This document shows, in pieces, positions 39,261 through 52,494 of a stretch of 64,000 nucleotides of DNA (positions are counted from its first letter, which is position 1; every line of letters starts with the position of its first letter). Below the pieces are notes generated by a model. It searched no databases. It had not been told where the DNA came from and saw only the letters and a list, made by a program, of their open reading frames with translations. Position numbers and translations under genes: made by a program. The DNA is from Felis catus (Eukaryota): contig NC_058368.1 of the NCBI RefSeq assembly GCF_018350175.1, positions 120,654,001-120,718,000 of the forward strand, given 5' to 3'.

Positions 39261-40384
39261 TTCTTCTGTAAAACTACTTTTAGCAGAGACTACCTGGGAT
39301 AATTATTCCCTTTTTCTCTTGCCAGAATACAAGGGAAATGTGTGTTTTGAAATGTCGCTCTTTGAAATCCCTTCAGAGGGTTTTTTTGTATTGAGGACAG
39401 AAGGCCACTTCATCTCCTTCAATCTGAGCAGCACCATATTCATTTTTTCAACGTATTGGTCATCCTCATAAGCTTTCCTTATAAATAAGGGCTGCATGGC
39501 TTAGATCCATTTAAAGACCACTGGGTTGGGTCCTATTCTTCTGTGGCATGGTAGTTAGCAAAAGAACAAGAACACAAACATCCTGCTTGTGTACCTGTCA
39601 TGCTTAGAAATGACCATGACAAAGATGGCCTTGGTCATCGTAAAATGAAAAAAGTCCCGGATGCAAGTTAGTTGACCTGATGTTTGCGGCTGGCTCATCC
39701 ATTAATTATATGACTGTACACAAATAAATGTATTTCCTTTAATGACCCAAAGTGTCTTCCCCTGCTGATTGGCAAATTTCTAACTCCAGTGTAGCAGAGG
39801 CTGTTGCTGTCCCATCCACGTGATCTTAGCCCTTAGTATTTCTATGCATGCCAGTCCATTTCTGACTACCAGAGTTTGTATCACTTTACCTGACAGTAAA
39901 GGTCAGAAATCTTGGAAATTAACACCCCCCCCCCCCGCCCCCAGCACCCCATCCCCAGGAGTAGCTTTCCACCATTAGCATTCCTCCTAATCTCCCTGAG
40001 TTCCTTAACAGAGTTAACCTCTAGTTCCTCCCAAAAGCAACTAACTTCCAAATGGAAACATCAGCAACTTTGTTCCCATCCCACTCTCATTTCCCCACTG
40101 CCCTGGGAAAGTCTCCAAAATTAACAACTTACAGTTTACCTTTGTCTCAGACTCCGTGGAGAATCAAAACTAAAACTTCCTACATTTTAACATTTGGCCT
40201 TTAAAAAGTGAAGATAATTCCATAAAAGACCCAGTATGGTTTTAATAACATCTGCCAACTAATTTTGTGCTATTCTTTTGTTTTTTTTTAATTTTTAAAT
40301 TAATTTTTATATGTATTCAGTTGAGAAATCAGGGCACATACAAAGAAAATTTTGTGGGTTTTTTTCCATTTAATACTTTTCCTA

Positions 40385-40695
40385 CTTTGTTGGCCATACA
40401 TTTGTGGGTCCATTTCTGGGTTCTCTATTCTGTTCCACTGATCTATGGGTCTGTTTTTGTGCCTGTACCATACTGTCTTGATGATTACAGCTTTGTAATA
40501 CAGCTTGAAGTCCAGAATTGTGATGCCTGCAGCTTTGGTTTTCTTTTTCAACATTACTTGGTTGTTCAGGGTCTTTTCTGTTTCCACAGAAATTTTAGAA
40601 TTGTTTCTTCTATCTCTGTGAAAAATGTTGGTGTTATTTTGATAGGGATTGCATTGAATGTGTAGATTGCTTTCAGTAGTATACACATTTTAAAA
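40385..40695 (-). mobile_element. L1 ORF2 fragment (antisense)
   Basis: ORF 40300-40686(-) contains [43 protein letters not shown]. Confidence 0.92.
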
Positions 40696-40942
40696 TTAAA
40701 GAACCACTAGTAACTCCCCTCCCCCACCCAGAGATAGCTACCTTCAATATTTTGGTATATTTGGTGTATTACCTTTGACAAATCTTCAACTTATGTATCA
40801 TCATGTACATATAAATATATACTAAGTTTTTTCCATGCAGTAACGTATTATAAATATATTTCCATATCAGTAATTATATTTCTACATCATTCTTAATTTT
40901 ATGTTTTATATATACCAAATTTTAAGATTCCAATACATTCTC

Positions 40943-41149
40943 TCTCTCTCTCTTTTGTTTTTTTACTTTGAGAGAGAGAGAGAGAGAACATGCAAGTGGG
41001 GGAGAGGGGCAGAGGGAGAGAGAGAATCTCAAGCAGGATCCACATTCAATGAAGAGCCCAACATGGGGCTCAATTCCATGACCCTGGGATCATGACATGA
41101 GCTGAAATCAAGTGCAGACACTCAACCAACTGAGACACCCAGCCACCCC
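40943..41149 (-). mobile_element. Older Can-SINE
   Basis: gagagagaacatgcaagtgggggagagggg...ctgagacacccagccacccc; degenerate TSD aagattccaatac / aagattctgatac. Confidence 0.9.
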
Positions 41150-41239
41150 AAGATTCTGATACTTTCTAATATATTATAATTTTTTAAACAAATGCCATGT
41201 TTTGGAACATTTTGGTTTTTTCTAATTTTTTACATCTTA

Positions 41240-41443
41240 ATTTTTAAAGTATTTTTTATTTATTTATTTTATTTATTTTTGAGAGAGAAAGAGACAGAGC
41301 ATGAGCTGGGGAGGGGCAGAGAAGCAGTCTCCAGGCTCTGAATTGTCAGCACAGAGCCCAACGCGGGCTAGAACTTGTGAACCACGAGATCATGACATGA
41401 GCTGAACTTGGACACTTAACCGACTGAGCCACCTGGGTACCCC
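41240..41443 (-). mobile_element. Can-SINE
   Basis: TSD taattttttacatc/ttta at 41223-41239 and 41444-41460. Confidence 0.93.
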
Positions 41444-43116
41444 TAATTTTTTACATTTTAAACTGTGCTTTAGTAGATACTCCTGCATGTTCACTTTGTA
41501 TACTCTCTCAAATACTTCTTAAAAGTGCAATTTCTGGATCAAAAGGCAAGCATGATTTTAAGATACTGAATACATCATGCAAAACAGGTTTACCAAACAC
41601 CCTAACTGTAGTACATACATGTGACACCCTCATCAATGCCTGGCATTGTTATGTGCTTAAAGCCTCTGTCAGTCTAACAGCTACGAATAATAGCTCCTTG
41701 TTCTCTGATACGTAATTTTGCTCGCTAATAGGATTTAATATGTTTTCATGTTTATTAAGCACTTACATTTCTTCTTTAGTTTAATTGCCTGTCTTTGTCC
41801 TTTTCTCGTTTTCTCCTATTGGGATTTTCTAAAGGTTTGCTATGCATAACAAGAATTAACCTATGCTGTCCAAGTTGCAAATCTCTTTTCCCATTTAGAA
41901 GTTCCTTTTAAACTTTGTATTGGGTTTTTCCATGTAAGAATTGATCATTTTTTCTGACGGAAACAATCAACCCTCATTTGTGGTTTATGCCTGTGGCGTT
42001 ACTTCAAATTTATGTAAATATAGACTTCTATTTTCCTCTAGCATTTTTCTGTTTCATTTTGCTTTTTAGACTGAAATTTTTATCCATCTGGAATTAATTT
42101 TATTTTTAGGTATGAGGTAAAGATATCAGTTTTTTATTTCAATTATTATTATTGCACTCCCACTAGGCCCTGGGGGTAAAAAGAAACAAAAAATAGCTTC
42201 TCTCCACAAGCTCAGGCTGCTGGGAAAATATATGTTCTTGTCTGTATTTTCTACTTAAGCGACTCTTATGACCATAGACTCCTTTTTTGAGGCACTTGGG
42301 GCTTTGGAATAAGATAGTCTAAACTGGCCCATATGTGGAATGAAACTCTTGAAATTCACAGACTTGTAGTGTTCCTTTTCTGCAAGAATACTGAAGGAGG
42401 ACTGGAGAGCCCAGGATTTAAGTCAGGACAGCTCTGACACCAACCATTTCTTAGCATCTGAGTTTAACTATCCAAGTAGAAGACCACTCTGCTTAGACGA
42501 CATTGCCTGCTTCCAAGCTAACAATAACCTTCTCATTTCAGCCTCCTTTATAAACAGAGTGCAAGCTCTGCAAATGAAGTGCTTTGAGAAACAAACAACA
42601 AACAAACAAACATGTGACCTGAAAGTAAATGCTAAATGCCAGGCTAGGAGCTTTTGACTTGTGAAAAAGCAATGCTTCGAGATGGACGAAACCAAAATTA
42701 CCAGCACCCCTCCACATACATTCACTCACACAAGTGTACTCAGCCGTTTCACACACTTCCCACATGAAGCACACTGTGAGGGTAGCCATTTTTATCCCCA
42801 CTTCCAGATATAGAAACTGAGGCTCAACTACAAATGAGCAATGGAAAATCACAGTGTCTCGGGGAGTCTGTGGGTCCCGAGGCTTCTGCAGACGGTGACA
42901 AAATACATACAATTTCTCCAACAGCCCACAGCACACTCCTCTTCTTTCTGCCTCTTCGTAGCTCTGTGACCTACGGCAAATTACTCAACCTCTCAGAACT
43001 TCTGTTTACTTATCTCCGAAGCAAAGGTACTGAACTAGATATTAAAAGCCCTTCAGTGCTAACACTTTATAAGTTAATTTTCCAGTGTTAACATTCATAA
43101 CTCCTCTACAGCTAAA

Positions 43117-43119
<3 letters not shown>

Positions 43120-43159
<40 letters not shown>

Positions 43160-43169
43160 AAGAAAAAAA
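43120..43169 (+). repeat. Poly(A) tract (38 pure A, then gaaagaaaaaaa)
   Basis: Seen directly in the sequence. Confidence 0.95.
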
Positions 43170-44689
43170 CCTCAGAACTCTGAAAAACTCACAAGACGTC
43201 AAGCTTACATTTGAACTGCAGTCAGTGAGAGCTTGGTGATCTTAATCTCATATTTATTGGGTTGCTCAGGTGTTCAAGATTGACAGCATTGATAGGTTCT
43301 CAAGAGAGAGTTTGAGGCGCAGGGTCACTAACACTGTCCACTGCATTAGCAACATCATTTAAGGAAACTGGTTCTCCTCCCCTTCTCCTATCTCTGCTTG
43401 AGATAAGGCACTACATTTTTTTCAGAATGGGAAGGGAATTATCGACTAAAGATAGTCTAACAGGCCTGTTCCATTTTAGGAGCTTTAAAACTAATAGCAG
43501 CTAAGAATAAGCTATAGAGGGGCTATAATGGCAAAATGAGCATCAGAAACCTGGATCTCTTTTCCTAGAGCCCAGCTATTTCTACCCTGTCAGAGTAAAT
43601 TATTGACAAAACCATCTGGCCCTTTGCAAGAGAACAGCCTACTCCCCGGTTCTGAGCAGGTGATACGTTTTAGTCTGTCAATGGAGAGAGAAGCTGATTT
43701 CGGCTTCAAAGCATTGATAATTTCTCTAGGCTTGCATTTCCTGTGTGTGAACTGTTCTTATCTCTAAATGCCAGAAGGGAAGAACATCAGTTTTAAGGCT
43801 GAGAAAGATGAAATAAAAAGCAAACACATTGATTGCAAGCATACCTGGACTATGGGTATTCAGTGCTGCTTGACCTGGATAAAGAACTGTATCCACACTC
43901 TCCAGAGCAAATGTGGTCACAGCGTTCCACCCTCCACCTGTTTCTACAGCATTAAAGCTCCCGTGTCTGTACGGAGAGGGAAATGTCTGGTCCTCTGGGG
44001 GGAAGGAGAAGCTTTTCCTTTTTCTCATACCAGAGTAGATCTTCCTGGGTAGATACGGGGTCGGAGCATAAAGTGCTACATCTCAGGAAGTTTCTACTCA
44101 GCAGGACGGTACTTATTTCTTTCTGCTCAACGAGTCTCACCCAGGACTGGCAAAGCTGGATCTGGCTCCATTGCAAGCCTGGCCTCCAGGCTGCCACTCC
44201 GATTTAGGAAGCTGAGTGGGAGAAAGTAAAAATGGCATTGCCATGTGCTCATTTCTGTTCCACCTCTTGGAAAGCTTTGTGAGGAGGAAATGAGTCTCAG
44301 AGGGAATGCTTGTCTGCTTGTCCCCTAGTTCACGGATGTCCATAGTCACCATGAGTGCACAATTTATACTGCCTTCCAGATCCCTTTCCTGAAAATAGCT
44401 CCCATTACTCGAAAACAAGGCAGATGCTATCAACTTAGGTTTCCTCTTTGAATTCGAACCAAATTTCACTGTAGTTCAAAAATACCCTGGGTTTGTGATA
44501 AGGGCTTATGATAGCTATTTCTCTGTGTATCAAGTTTTCTTTTTCTATTTTTAGCTATCTGCACTCATTTTAGAGTTTCAGAGTACTTAGGTGAGTGTTC
44601 ATTTGCTCATGCCTCTTACTAGACGCATTTACCCTCTTGAATCAATGAAAACATCCTGCTTGGGGATTTTCGGCGATTTGAAGTTTTTT

Positions 44690-46105
44690 TTTATGATGGT
44701 ATAACATTACGCATGTGTCAAAACCTATAGAACCTTATAGCACGAGCATATATAGCACATAGCATACAACAATTGTGAACCTTGATGTATGAAAATTAGA
44801 AAAAAAAGTCATTTAGTAGGTCAGGATCCCATGCATCAATGCAGACTATAAGGGAGAGAATCTAACTGTGTTATAAATGTTTGAAACAACCTCTCTGAAG
44901 GGTATAGGGAAGAAGAGGTACTAATCTAAGTAACTCTGGAAATTAGATTTTGTAAGGCTAGAGGCAAAAGGAACTATACACAAACACCGATTTCTAGTTG
45001 GTAACATTATTGCCCACGGGAGGGTAGGTAACAATTCTGACCTGCTATGTGTATACACTGGAAAGGAACAATTAAATAAAAAGGTGGCAGATTATGGGAG
45101 CAAGGATTCACAATGTTAAAGTGAGGATTTACAGAAAAGCAAGGGAAAAGGCTAGAATGATCCACACAGTAATGGATGAGAGACCTCAAGAAGAAATCTT
45201 ATTTAGCTTAATACAGATACAGACAAATACATAAATATTTACAGACACATGTTATACATGGCTTAGCATATACACATATATTTCTTAGTTGTGCCAACTA
45301 AGAGGGCCTAAAAGAAATAACATCCAATAGCAATCATCACACCTAGCATCCGGATTTTAATTTCTAATACCATTCTCTAATAAAATAAATGACAGCTCCT
45401 TGGAAAATGGCTGATTCCAGGACTGGAGCAGGACTTATACAAGATAAATATACTTATAAATAGAGAAAGCTCCCATGCAAAAGGATTCCAAATGACTCCC
45501 CACGCCTGCTGTGGGAACTGTGCATGTAGCGACTTCCTTCCAAAGAATACAGTATAGAAAGAACGGAAAAATCACAACTTTATAGTAGAGCCTTATGAAC
45601 ACTTGGCTAAGCATTAACATCAAAAGTAGTAAGTCACATTGGAAGTATGTACTCCTAACACAGTATGATGACAATAGCTTTTTGCCTCTGTGTTCTTCCT
45701 CCCGAAACCCACAATACCAGTCTAACCATGAGAAAAAAATTACTTTTCAGTATACGGCCATCCTATGATATAGCTGCCAGTATTCTTCAAAACTGCCAAA
45801 GTCATCAAAAACAAAGGAGAGAAACTGTCACCACCAAGAGGAACCTAAGAAGATATGACAACTAAATGTAATATAATAAGTTGGAGAGGATCCTAGAAAA
45901 GAAAAAGGACATTAGGTAAAAACCAAGGACTTTTTTTTTTAAAGTATGGACTTGAATCAATAAAAATCTATCATGTCGATTAATTAATTATAATAAATGT
46001 ACCACACTATCGTAAGATGTTAAAAGTAGAGGGCAGTACATGAGAATGTGCGGGAACTGTCTGAACTAGCTCTTCAATATTTCCGAAAATCAAAACCATT
46101 TTCTA
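44690..46105 (+). mobile_element. Old L1 3'UTR (L1MC/MD-like)
   Basis: tgtcaaaacctatagaac...gtgaaccttgatgtatg, ...aaatgtaccacactatcgtaagatgttaa...tcttcaatatttccgaaaatcaaaaccattttctaaa. Confidence 0.75.
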
Positions 46106-46649
46106 AATACAGATTTTCCCCTAACAGAACCAATGTGAAAGGGAGACTTTACAATTTTAATCCAAACATATTCCACGTTTTAGATCAGAGGCACTGTGCA
46201 TTTTGGGCTGAAAAATAAAACTCTGGGCAGGCGGGGAGAAATACCCTCCCAAGAACAACATCTTCAAAGTCATTAGATGCCATAAACAGACCATTTATCC
46301 TGAGAGCCCCCATGTCAGTAACTAACTCACCATCAGTTAAAGATATCAGAAAAGTAAGTGGCAACAAACAGGAGAAATAAAAATGTCATCAATAATGATA
46401 AACAGACTAGTAAATGAGACTGCAGCTTTTCATTAAATTCTCTCTACTGCCACCCTTTATACTTAAGTCCATTAAAACACATTCAGTGGATCTACAAATA
46501 AAATCACAGTATTTTCCTCTGATTCCTTTTTTTTGTTTTTTCCTGTGTTCGTAATCTGGGAAAATAGTATCATGACTCATCCACGTAGCAAGCAAATGAC
46601 TTTGGGGTCATCCTTGAAAACATCTTTTTCTAAGAACTCGTATCCCAGC

Positions 46650-47395
46650 TGGTAACAAATCTACCCATTTACCTCTTGAATATAATTCTCAAATCCTTTC
46701 ATTTCTTGCACCTCCAATAACATCACAATCACCACCAACAGAACCACTCTACCATCAACTACCGTTATCTCCCACCTGAATTAATGCAATGAATTCTTAA
46801 TTCTCTAAATGCATTCAGACTGGCTGTGTGCTAATCCATTCTTCACGATGCAGCCAGATTCATCTTTGCAAAATACTGAAATATTTATAATTCATTTAAA
46901 GTTTTCAATGCCTTCTCATGGTCCTTAGGATAAAGTCCAGGGACTTTAAGATAGACAACAGCGGTGTGTATGGCCTCCTGCCTACCTCTCCAGACTCCCT
47001 CTAATCTTCCGCACTCCAACCATAGGGATCTTTGCGATCCTCAAACTCACCATGCTGCCTTCTGTCCTGACTCCCGTGTGCCTGCTCTTCCTTTTTCTCT
47101 GAATGCTCTTTCCCCCTCTTAGTCCTTAGTTAACACCCACTCGTCTCTCAATATTCAAGTGGCACTTTCAAAGGACTTGTCTCCTAAATTTCAGTATCTC
47201 AAAGGCCAGATATCTTTAGTATATGCACTCTTAGAACTTCGTCCTTTGATTTCATAACACTTAGCTTGTAAAAGTATATTCATCTTTTATAATTATTGGA
47301 ATTATGCTCATCTCTGTCATCAGGCTACACAACATAAGAGAGACTATGTTTAGTTACGCTGATACTCAAATATTTTCTCAATGAGTAAATAAAGC
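46650..47395 (+). mobile_element. LINE-2 3' region
   Basis: aatccattcttcacgatgcagccaga, ttcaatgccttctcatggtccttaggataaagtcca, ending aaatattttctcaatgagtaaataa. Confidence 0.65.
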
Positions 47396-47739
47396 ATAGG
47401 GACTTTTTCATACAGTCCTGTTAGGTAAAACACTTAAAAAGAAAATTTTAGCCAACAGGTTTTATGTGGTACAAATGATCTGAAGATACATTTACCTAAA
47501 GAGATGAAGAAGGAATTTACCCAGATAAGTCTTCTCTTTCTGTCAAAATCATGACTTGGTTGACTGACTTCCAGGAAAGGGTCAAAACTTAGATAGTTGA
47601 TAATACTGTTCTTATTCTCATCTTGATAGAAGGCCAAGTTATAATCAAACTGCCTCTGAGAAAAAGAAGGGGCAGTTCACCTTCCCCTAACTTTCAGATG
47701 CTTCCCAAAGTGTTCCTGGGGCTTCTCCACCAATTCTAG

Positions 47740-48215
47740 ATGTTCACTCCTTCAGCAGAAGTGTCAGAAAACTCACTAATTATGGCTTAAGCAAATAAAT
47801 CTTTTGTCCTCACATAATGATAACCCAAGGCAGGAAGTTTAGGACCTTACTTGTTCAACTATACCTTCAAGGACCGGACTCTTTCTCTGGGCTCTGCAGT
47901 CCTTAGCATATTGACTTTTCTCTTTATGCTTGGCACTCCGAGGGTAAAAAAAATTGCCAAATCTGTGAACATCATTCAAATTTCAGGCAGAAAGAGGGTA
48001 TAAAGAAGTTGCCTGTGTACTTTTAAATGAGGAAGGTAATTTTTCCCCAGAATCCACAGGCAGATTTTTCTCATATTTTATTGGCCATAATTTGCAAACA
48101 TGGACACCCATTGCTACAAAAAGGGGGGGGGGGCATGGAAAACAAGTCCCTTTAATTGGGTAGGCAAGAGAGAAGAAGGCTGGAAAGACATTTGAATAGT
48201 CAGTCTGGAGTATCT
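47740..48215 (-). mobile_element. MaLR (MLT1J/K-like) LTR
   Basis: cagaaaactcactaattatggcttaagcaaa...ctcacataa...ttccccagaatccacaggcagatttttctcatattttattggcca. Confidence 0.6.
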
Positions 48216-48360
48216 ACCATATTAATGTTTTTTTTTCCCTTTTACATATTAATTAATAATGAGGAGGGGATATAATATAGTTAGACTTCAGGAGAGAAAA
48301 GCAATATAGTTTGACTGAGAATAGTCTTGTCCAAACTGTTTGACTATTTGTGGAGGTGCA

Positions 48361-48385
48361 TGTGTGTGTGTGTGTGTGTGTGTGT
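48361..48385. repeat. (TG)n microsatellite
   Basis: Seen directly in the sequence. Confidence 0.95.
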
Positions 48386-48876
48386 TTACCTGATTTGACC
48401 ATTATGACAGATTGATTTTAAATATAACTTTCCTAGAAATAAAGCTGCCTCCATATTTAACATGAACCTCTACTTCCTCTCCTAATAATATAAACATCTG
48501 TCCTTCTTCTCAACCTATTAAACAAGTTGATAATATAAGGTGCGTTTTGGGATCAATGTTCTCTGAAATTCAGTACCAAGAAAGTGTATTCCCTTGGACA
48601 CAAAGTGTATACCTGTGCTAAATCTATAAAATTCAATGAATATTAATTGACTCTCCCCATAGTATCCTCTTACATCTGATGCTTGAACCGGGTTCTCAAG
48701 TCCAAATTTAAGAATCAAAACTCATATATACCTTTCAGCCTAGAAAAAAAAGAGGAATGCAGTCTCATGGTTATGTGATTTAATTTGAACCTTTGTTACA
48801 AATCCTATGCCTATCCCGGAAGGAGAACACGTTTTTCAAACTACAGACATGTGCTCCTATAGCAAATCTCAAAGGT

Positions 48877-48980
48877 CTGTCTGTCTCTCTCTCTCTCTGT
48901 CTCTCTCTCTATATATATATATATTTATATATTTATATGTTTATATATTTTATATATATTTATATATATATTTATATATT

Positions 48981-49031
<51 letters not shown>
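48877..49031. repeat. Compound (CT)n-(TA)n-(TG)n-(TA)n microsatellite
   Basis: Seen directly; includes a pure (TA)20 at 48991-49030. Confidence 0.95.
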
Positions 49032-49034
<3 letters not shown>

Positions 49035-49136
49035 CCTCATATACATCTTCAATTAGAGAAGTAGGGAAAGTAAGAAGAAATCTCCACAGCTAACATTATG
49101 AATTATATAATTACATGCATTAAAGACTAAAATCCA

Positions 49137-49348
49137 GGGGCGCCTGGGTGGCGCAGTCGGTTGGGCGTCCGACTTCAGCCAGGTCACGATCTCGCGGTCC
49201 GTGAGTTCGAGCCCCGCGTCAGGCTCTGGGCTGATGGCTCGGAGCCTGGAGCCTGTTTCTGATTCTGTGTCTCCCTCTCTCTCTGCCCCTGCCCCGTTCA
49301 TGCTCTGTCTCTCTCTGTCCCAAATATAAATTAAAAACGTTGAAAAAA
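49137..49348 (+). mobile_element. Young felid Can-SINE
   Basis: Perfect 15-bp TSD aaagactaaaatcca at 49122-49136 and 49349-49363. Confidence 0.97.
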
Positions 49349-49669
49349 AAAGACTAAAATCCATATTTATTAATTTTTCTAAGATATGTTCTCTATGATA
49401 AGTGCACACACAAAAAATAAAACATACTGTGATCTGTAATTCTGTTAATGTACTTCAAGAACAATGAATATCAAATCACCTAAATGTAAGTCCTATTGCA
49501 CAACATTCACTCAAATATTTACTGAGAATGCATACCAACATTCATTCAGTAAGCAATTATTAACCTCCTGCTATGTGTCAAAGGCGGGATCTCAATAAGA
49601 ATAAGATAAGGAATCCCAGCCTAGTAGGTAAGTTAGTAAGCCATAACATAAATAGAACCCTATTGGGCA

Positions 49670-49880
49670 AGAGCACAAGCTTTAGACATACTTTGAACTC
49701 TGCTTTCCATACTGATGACCCTGGAAAAATTAAATTTTCTGAGCCTTATTTTCTTCATCTATAAAATAGACACGATCACAGAACCTACTTCATATGTTTT
49801 GTGTGTGCATCAGGTAAGATACAGACTAAAGAGTGCTTAACATTCAGGGGCTTCTCAATCATGATAGCCTTTAATATTTT
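49670..49880 (+). mobile_element. MIR fragment
   Basis: gaccctggaaaattaaattttctgagccttattttcttcatctataaaatag...cctacttcatatg. Confidence 0.7.
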
Positions 49881-50147
49881 TTTAATTTTATCATTATTTA
49901 CACATGTCATGAAATTTACATGAGGAAGAGAGTGTAAGCCTGAAAGACATTAGAAAGGATTTCAGCACAGGGTGGTATTTGATCTGAGTGTCAAATGATT
50001 AGAGGAAATTCACTAAGGAGTTGAGAGTCAAGGAAGGTACTTCTGGACAGAAAGTGCAGTGATCTATGAAGGCTCTAAGGCTTGAAATCTCACAAACTGT
50101 AGGGGAAACTAGGAAGGAGGGGAAAGGAGGAAATGTCACTATGAGGT

Positions 50148-50871
50148 TGAGGGAGAAAGAGAGTATGTCACCACAAAATGTGCCATTTTGTCATGTGGAT
50201 TGTTTTGAGCTGAAGGCAATTAAGACTCAGCAGACAGAAAAAGTGTTTTACCTTTATCCTTAACTGCCTAAAGAAATTCACACAGGGCAAATGTATCAGG
50301 AAGAGATCTATAACCAGAGATCATTTTTATATCAGAAAGACATCTGCATGACATCTGCATGCAAACATCGGTTAACTAAACATTTCCTCTTCATATCTTC
50401 TTGCAAATTGTCTTACTCCCCTTCGAGGCCCCAGACCCCTACCCAATTCTCCTTTGCTGAGGATGGTATATAAACCTCAACTGCCTGTCTTAGATTTTCA
50501 TTTTTTTATGAGGCTTCTGTATAACACCAAATTAAATTTGTTTTTCTCCTGTTAACCTGCCTTGTGTCAGTTAATTATTTCCCAGCCAAAGAAACTTGAA
50601 ATAAAGAAGGAGAAAGCTTTTGGGGCACCTGGGTGGCTCAGTTGGTTGAGGGTCCGACTTCGGCTCTGGTCATGATCTCACAGCTCCTGAGTTCGAGCCC
50701 CGCGTCGGGCTCTGTCCTGACAGCTCAGAGCCTGAAGCCTGATTCTGCTTCTGTGTCTCCCTCTCTCCCTGCCCCTAACCCACTCACATTCTGTCTCTGT
50801 CTCTCTCAAAAATAAATAAAAACATTAAAAAAAAGTTAAAAAAAAAAAGAAGAAGAAGGGGAAAGCTTTCA
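50148..50871 (+). mobile_element. ERV1 solo LTR (MER34-like) with a SINE near its 3' end
   Basis: gtatgtcaccacaaaatgtgccattttgtcatgtggattgttttgagctgaaggcaatt; TATATAA 50467-50473; ATTAAA 50531-50536; ttttctcctgttaacctg. Confidence 0.7.
50622..50852 (+). mobile_element. Can-SINE
   Basis: TSD aagaagga/ggaaagcttt at 50604-50620 and 50853-50869. Confidence 0.95.
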
Positions 50872-51934
50872 ATGGTGGTGCATAGGGAGATAGTGATTGG
50901 GTTGCTTGGGACACTTTGAAATCTAGCCACAGAGGATGGAAAATTAAAGTATATTCAATTATTTCTGTTTCATTCTCTTGTGAGGTATCACTTACCATTC
51001 ACCCTCAGTTTTTATTCATAATCTCTCTTACATACATGTGTATGTCCACATGGACATGGACAATTTATATCTAACTGCCAAGTTCAGAAGGAATGAGGTT
51101 TGAGGGGATGACTACCACAGAAATGAGGTGATTCTAGAACTCAGCTCTATGTATAAGATTTCTGTGATCCAGAAAGAGAGGCAAAGATTTGAATATGTGA
51201 CAGCAACCCAGACAGCAATAACCCCCCAATTCCCTTATATTCTGGGCTGAGAATTTCCTGGAAGGCATTATTCTCGTTTATGACATTTAAGCCCAGAGCA
51301 TTATCAATGGCCCCACTTACTGAACATGAAGAAGACATGTCTCAGGGTTCCAGCCCTCAACTCATCTACTACACAAACACACCAAATTACACCTGTTTAT
51401 ATAGCCATTCACCCTGAAAAACTAAATACTGGCTGAACAGCTACTGCAGAACAAAAAATGGAGAAAACAGCAGAAGAGAATGGCAACAGAGCTGGAGACA
51501 CATCAACGCAAGGAACCCCCATTCCCCATCCTGCAAAAGGCAGTTGGCCTTATAGTACTAAGGGATGGCAACAGATTCATTGGCCTTGGGCACAGACAAA
51601 AAGCTGTGGTTTAAAAGAACAACTACTGTATAAAAGGTCCAGCTTCAGAACTCTACCCAATGTCAGAGGAACATTCTGGGTCAGGGATGCTGGCAAGCAA
51701 AACAACTTACACTCCCCGTCCACCTTGACAGTGAAGACAGGAGCAGGGTTCTGATACCAAAGCTGGCCTGCCTGCTCCATGAGCCCCAGGTTCCTACTCA
51801 CACCAGCCCCAGATGCACAGGAAAAAAAAAAGCTGTTTATTTTTGTTTGTTTCAAGTTTTTATTTAAACTCCAGTTACTTAACGTACGGTGTAATAATAG
51901 TTTCAGGAGTCATATTCAGTGATTCAGCACTCCC

Positions 51935-52150
51935 TTTTTTAAAAAATTTTTAATGTTTATTTCTTTGAGAGAGAGAAAGAGAACACAAGCAGGGGAGGGG
52001 CAGAGAGAGAGGGAGACACAGAATCCTAAGCAGGCTCCAGCCTCTGAGCTGTCAGCACGGACCCTGAAACAGGTCTCAAACTCACGAACTACGAGATCAT
52101 GACCTGAGCCAAAGTTGGATGCCTAACCAACTGAGCCACCCAGATACCCC
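51935..52150 (-). mobile_element. Can-SINE
   Basis: Ends gagccacccagatacccc; degenerate TSD attcagcact / attcatcact. Confidence 0.93.
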
Positions 52151-52268
52151 AATTCATCACTTCTCTTTAACACCCAGTGCTCATCATAAGTGCCCATCAC
52201 CCATTTAGCCCATGCCCTTGCCCCTCCAGCAACCCTCAGTTTGTTCTCTCTAGTTAAAAGTGTCACTT

Positions 52269-52494
52269 GGAGCTCCTGCGTGGCTCAGTCGGTTAAGTGT
52301 CTGACTTCAGCTCAGATCATGATCTCCTAGTTCGTGGGTGTGAGCCCAGTGTGGGGCTCTGTGCTGACAGCTCAGAGCCTGGAGCCAGTTTCAGATTCTG
52401 TGTCTTCCTCTATCTCTTTTCCTCCCCTGCTCGCTCGCTCACTCCCCCCCCCCTCTCTCTCTCTCTCAAAAATAAACATTAAAAATTATTAGAA
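52269..52494 (+). mobile_element. Can-SINE
   Basis: Head ggagctcctgcgtggctcagtcggttaag; degenerate TSD aaaagtgtcact / aaaagagtctct. Confidence 0.93.

Larger units (their letters stand above)
40700..42130 (-). mobile_element. Very old L1 (L1ME-like) remnant hosting two SINEs
   Basis: gtgcaatttctggatcaaaagg..., tttatccatctggaattaattttatttttaggtatgagg, resembling antisense L1 3' sequence. Confidence 0.5.

Noticed and set aside
43726..44469. Cluster of 74-110 aa ORFs with possible minus-strand splice sites
   Set aside because: No single long frame, no recognisable protein, and stops in all frames across the candidate exon.
48793..49064. ORFs rich in YI repeats (also 27293-27997)
   Set aside because: Translations of (TA)n/(TG)n microsatellites.
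49137..49215. tRNA gene (A and B boxes tggcgcagtcgg / gttcgagcc)
   Set aside because: This is the tRNA-derived head of a Can-SINE with (CT)n, poly(A) and TSD; the same applies to the other copies.
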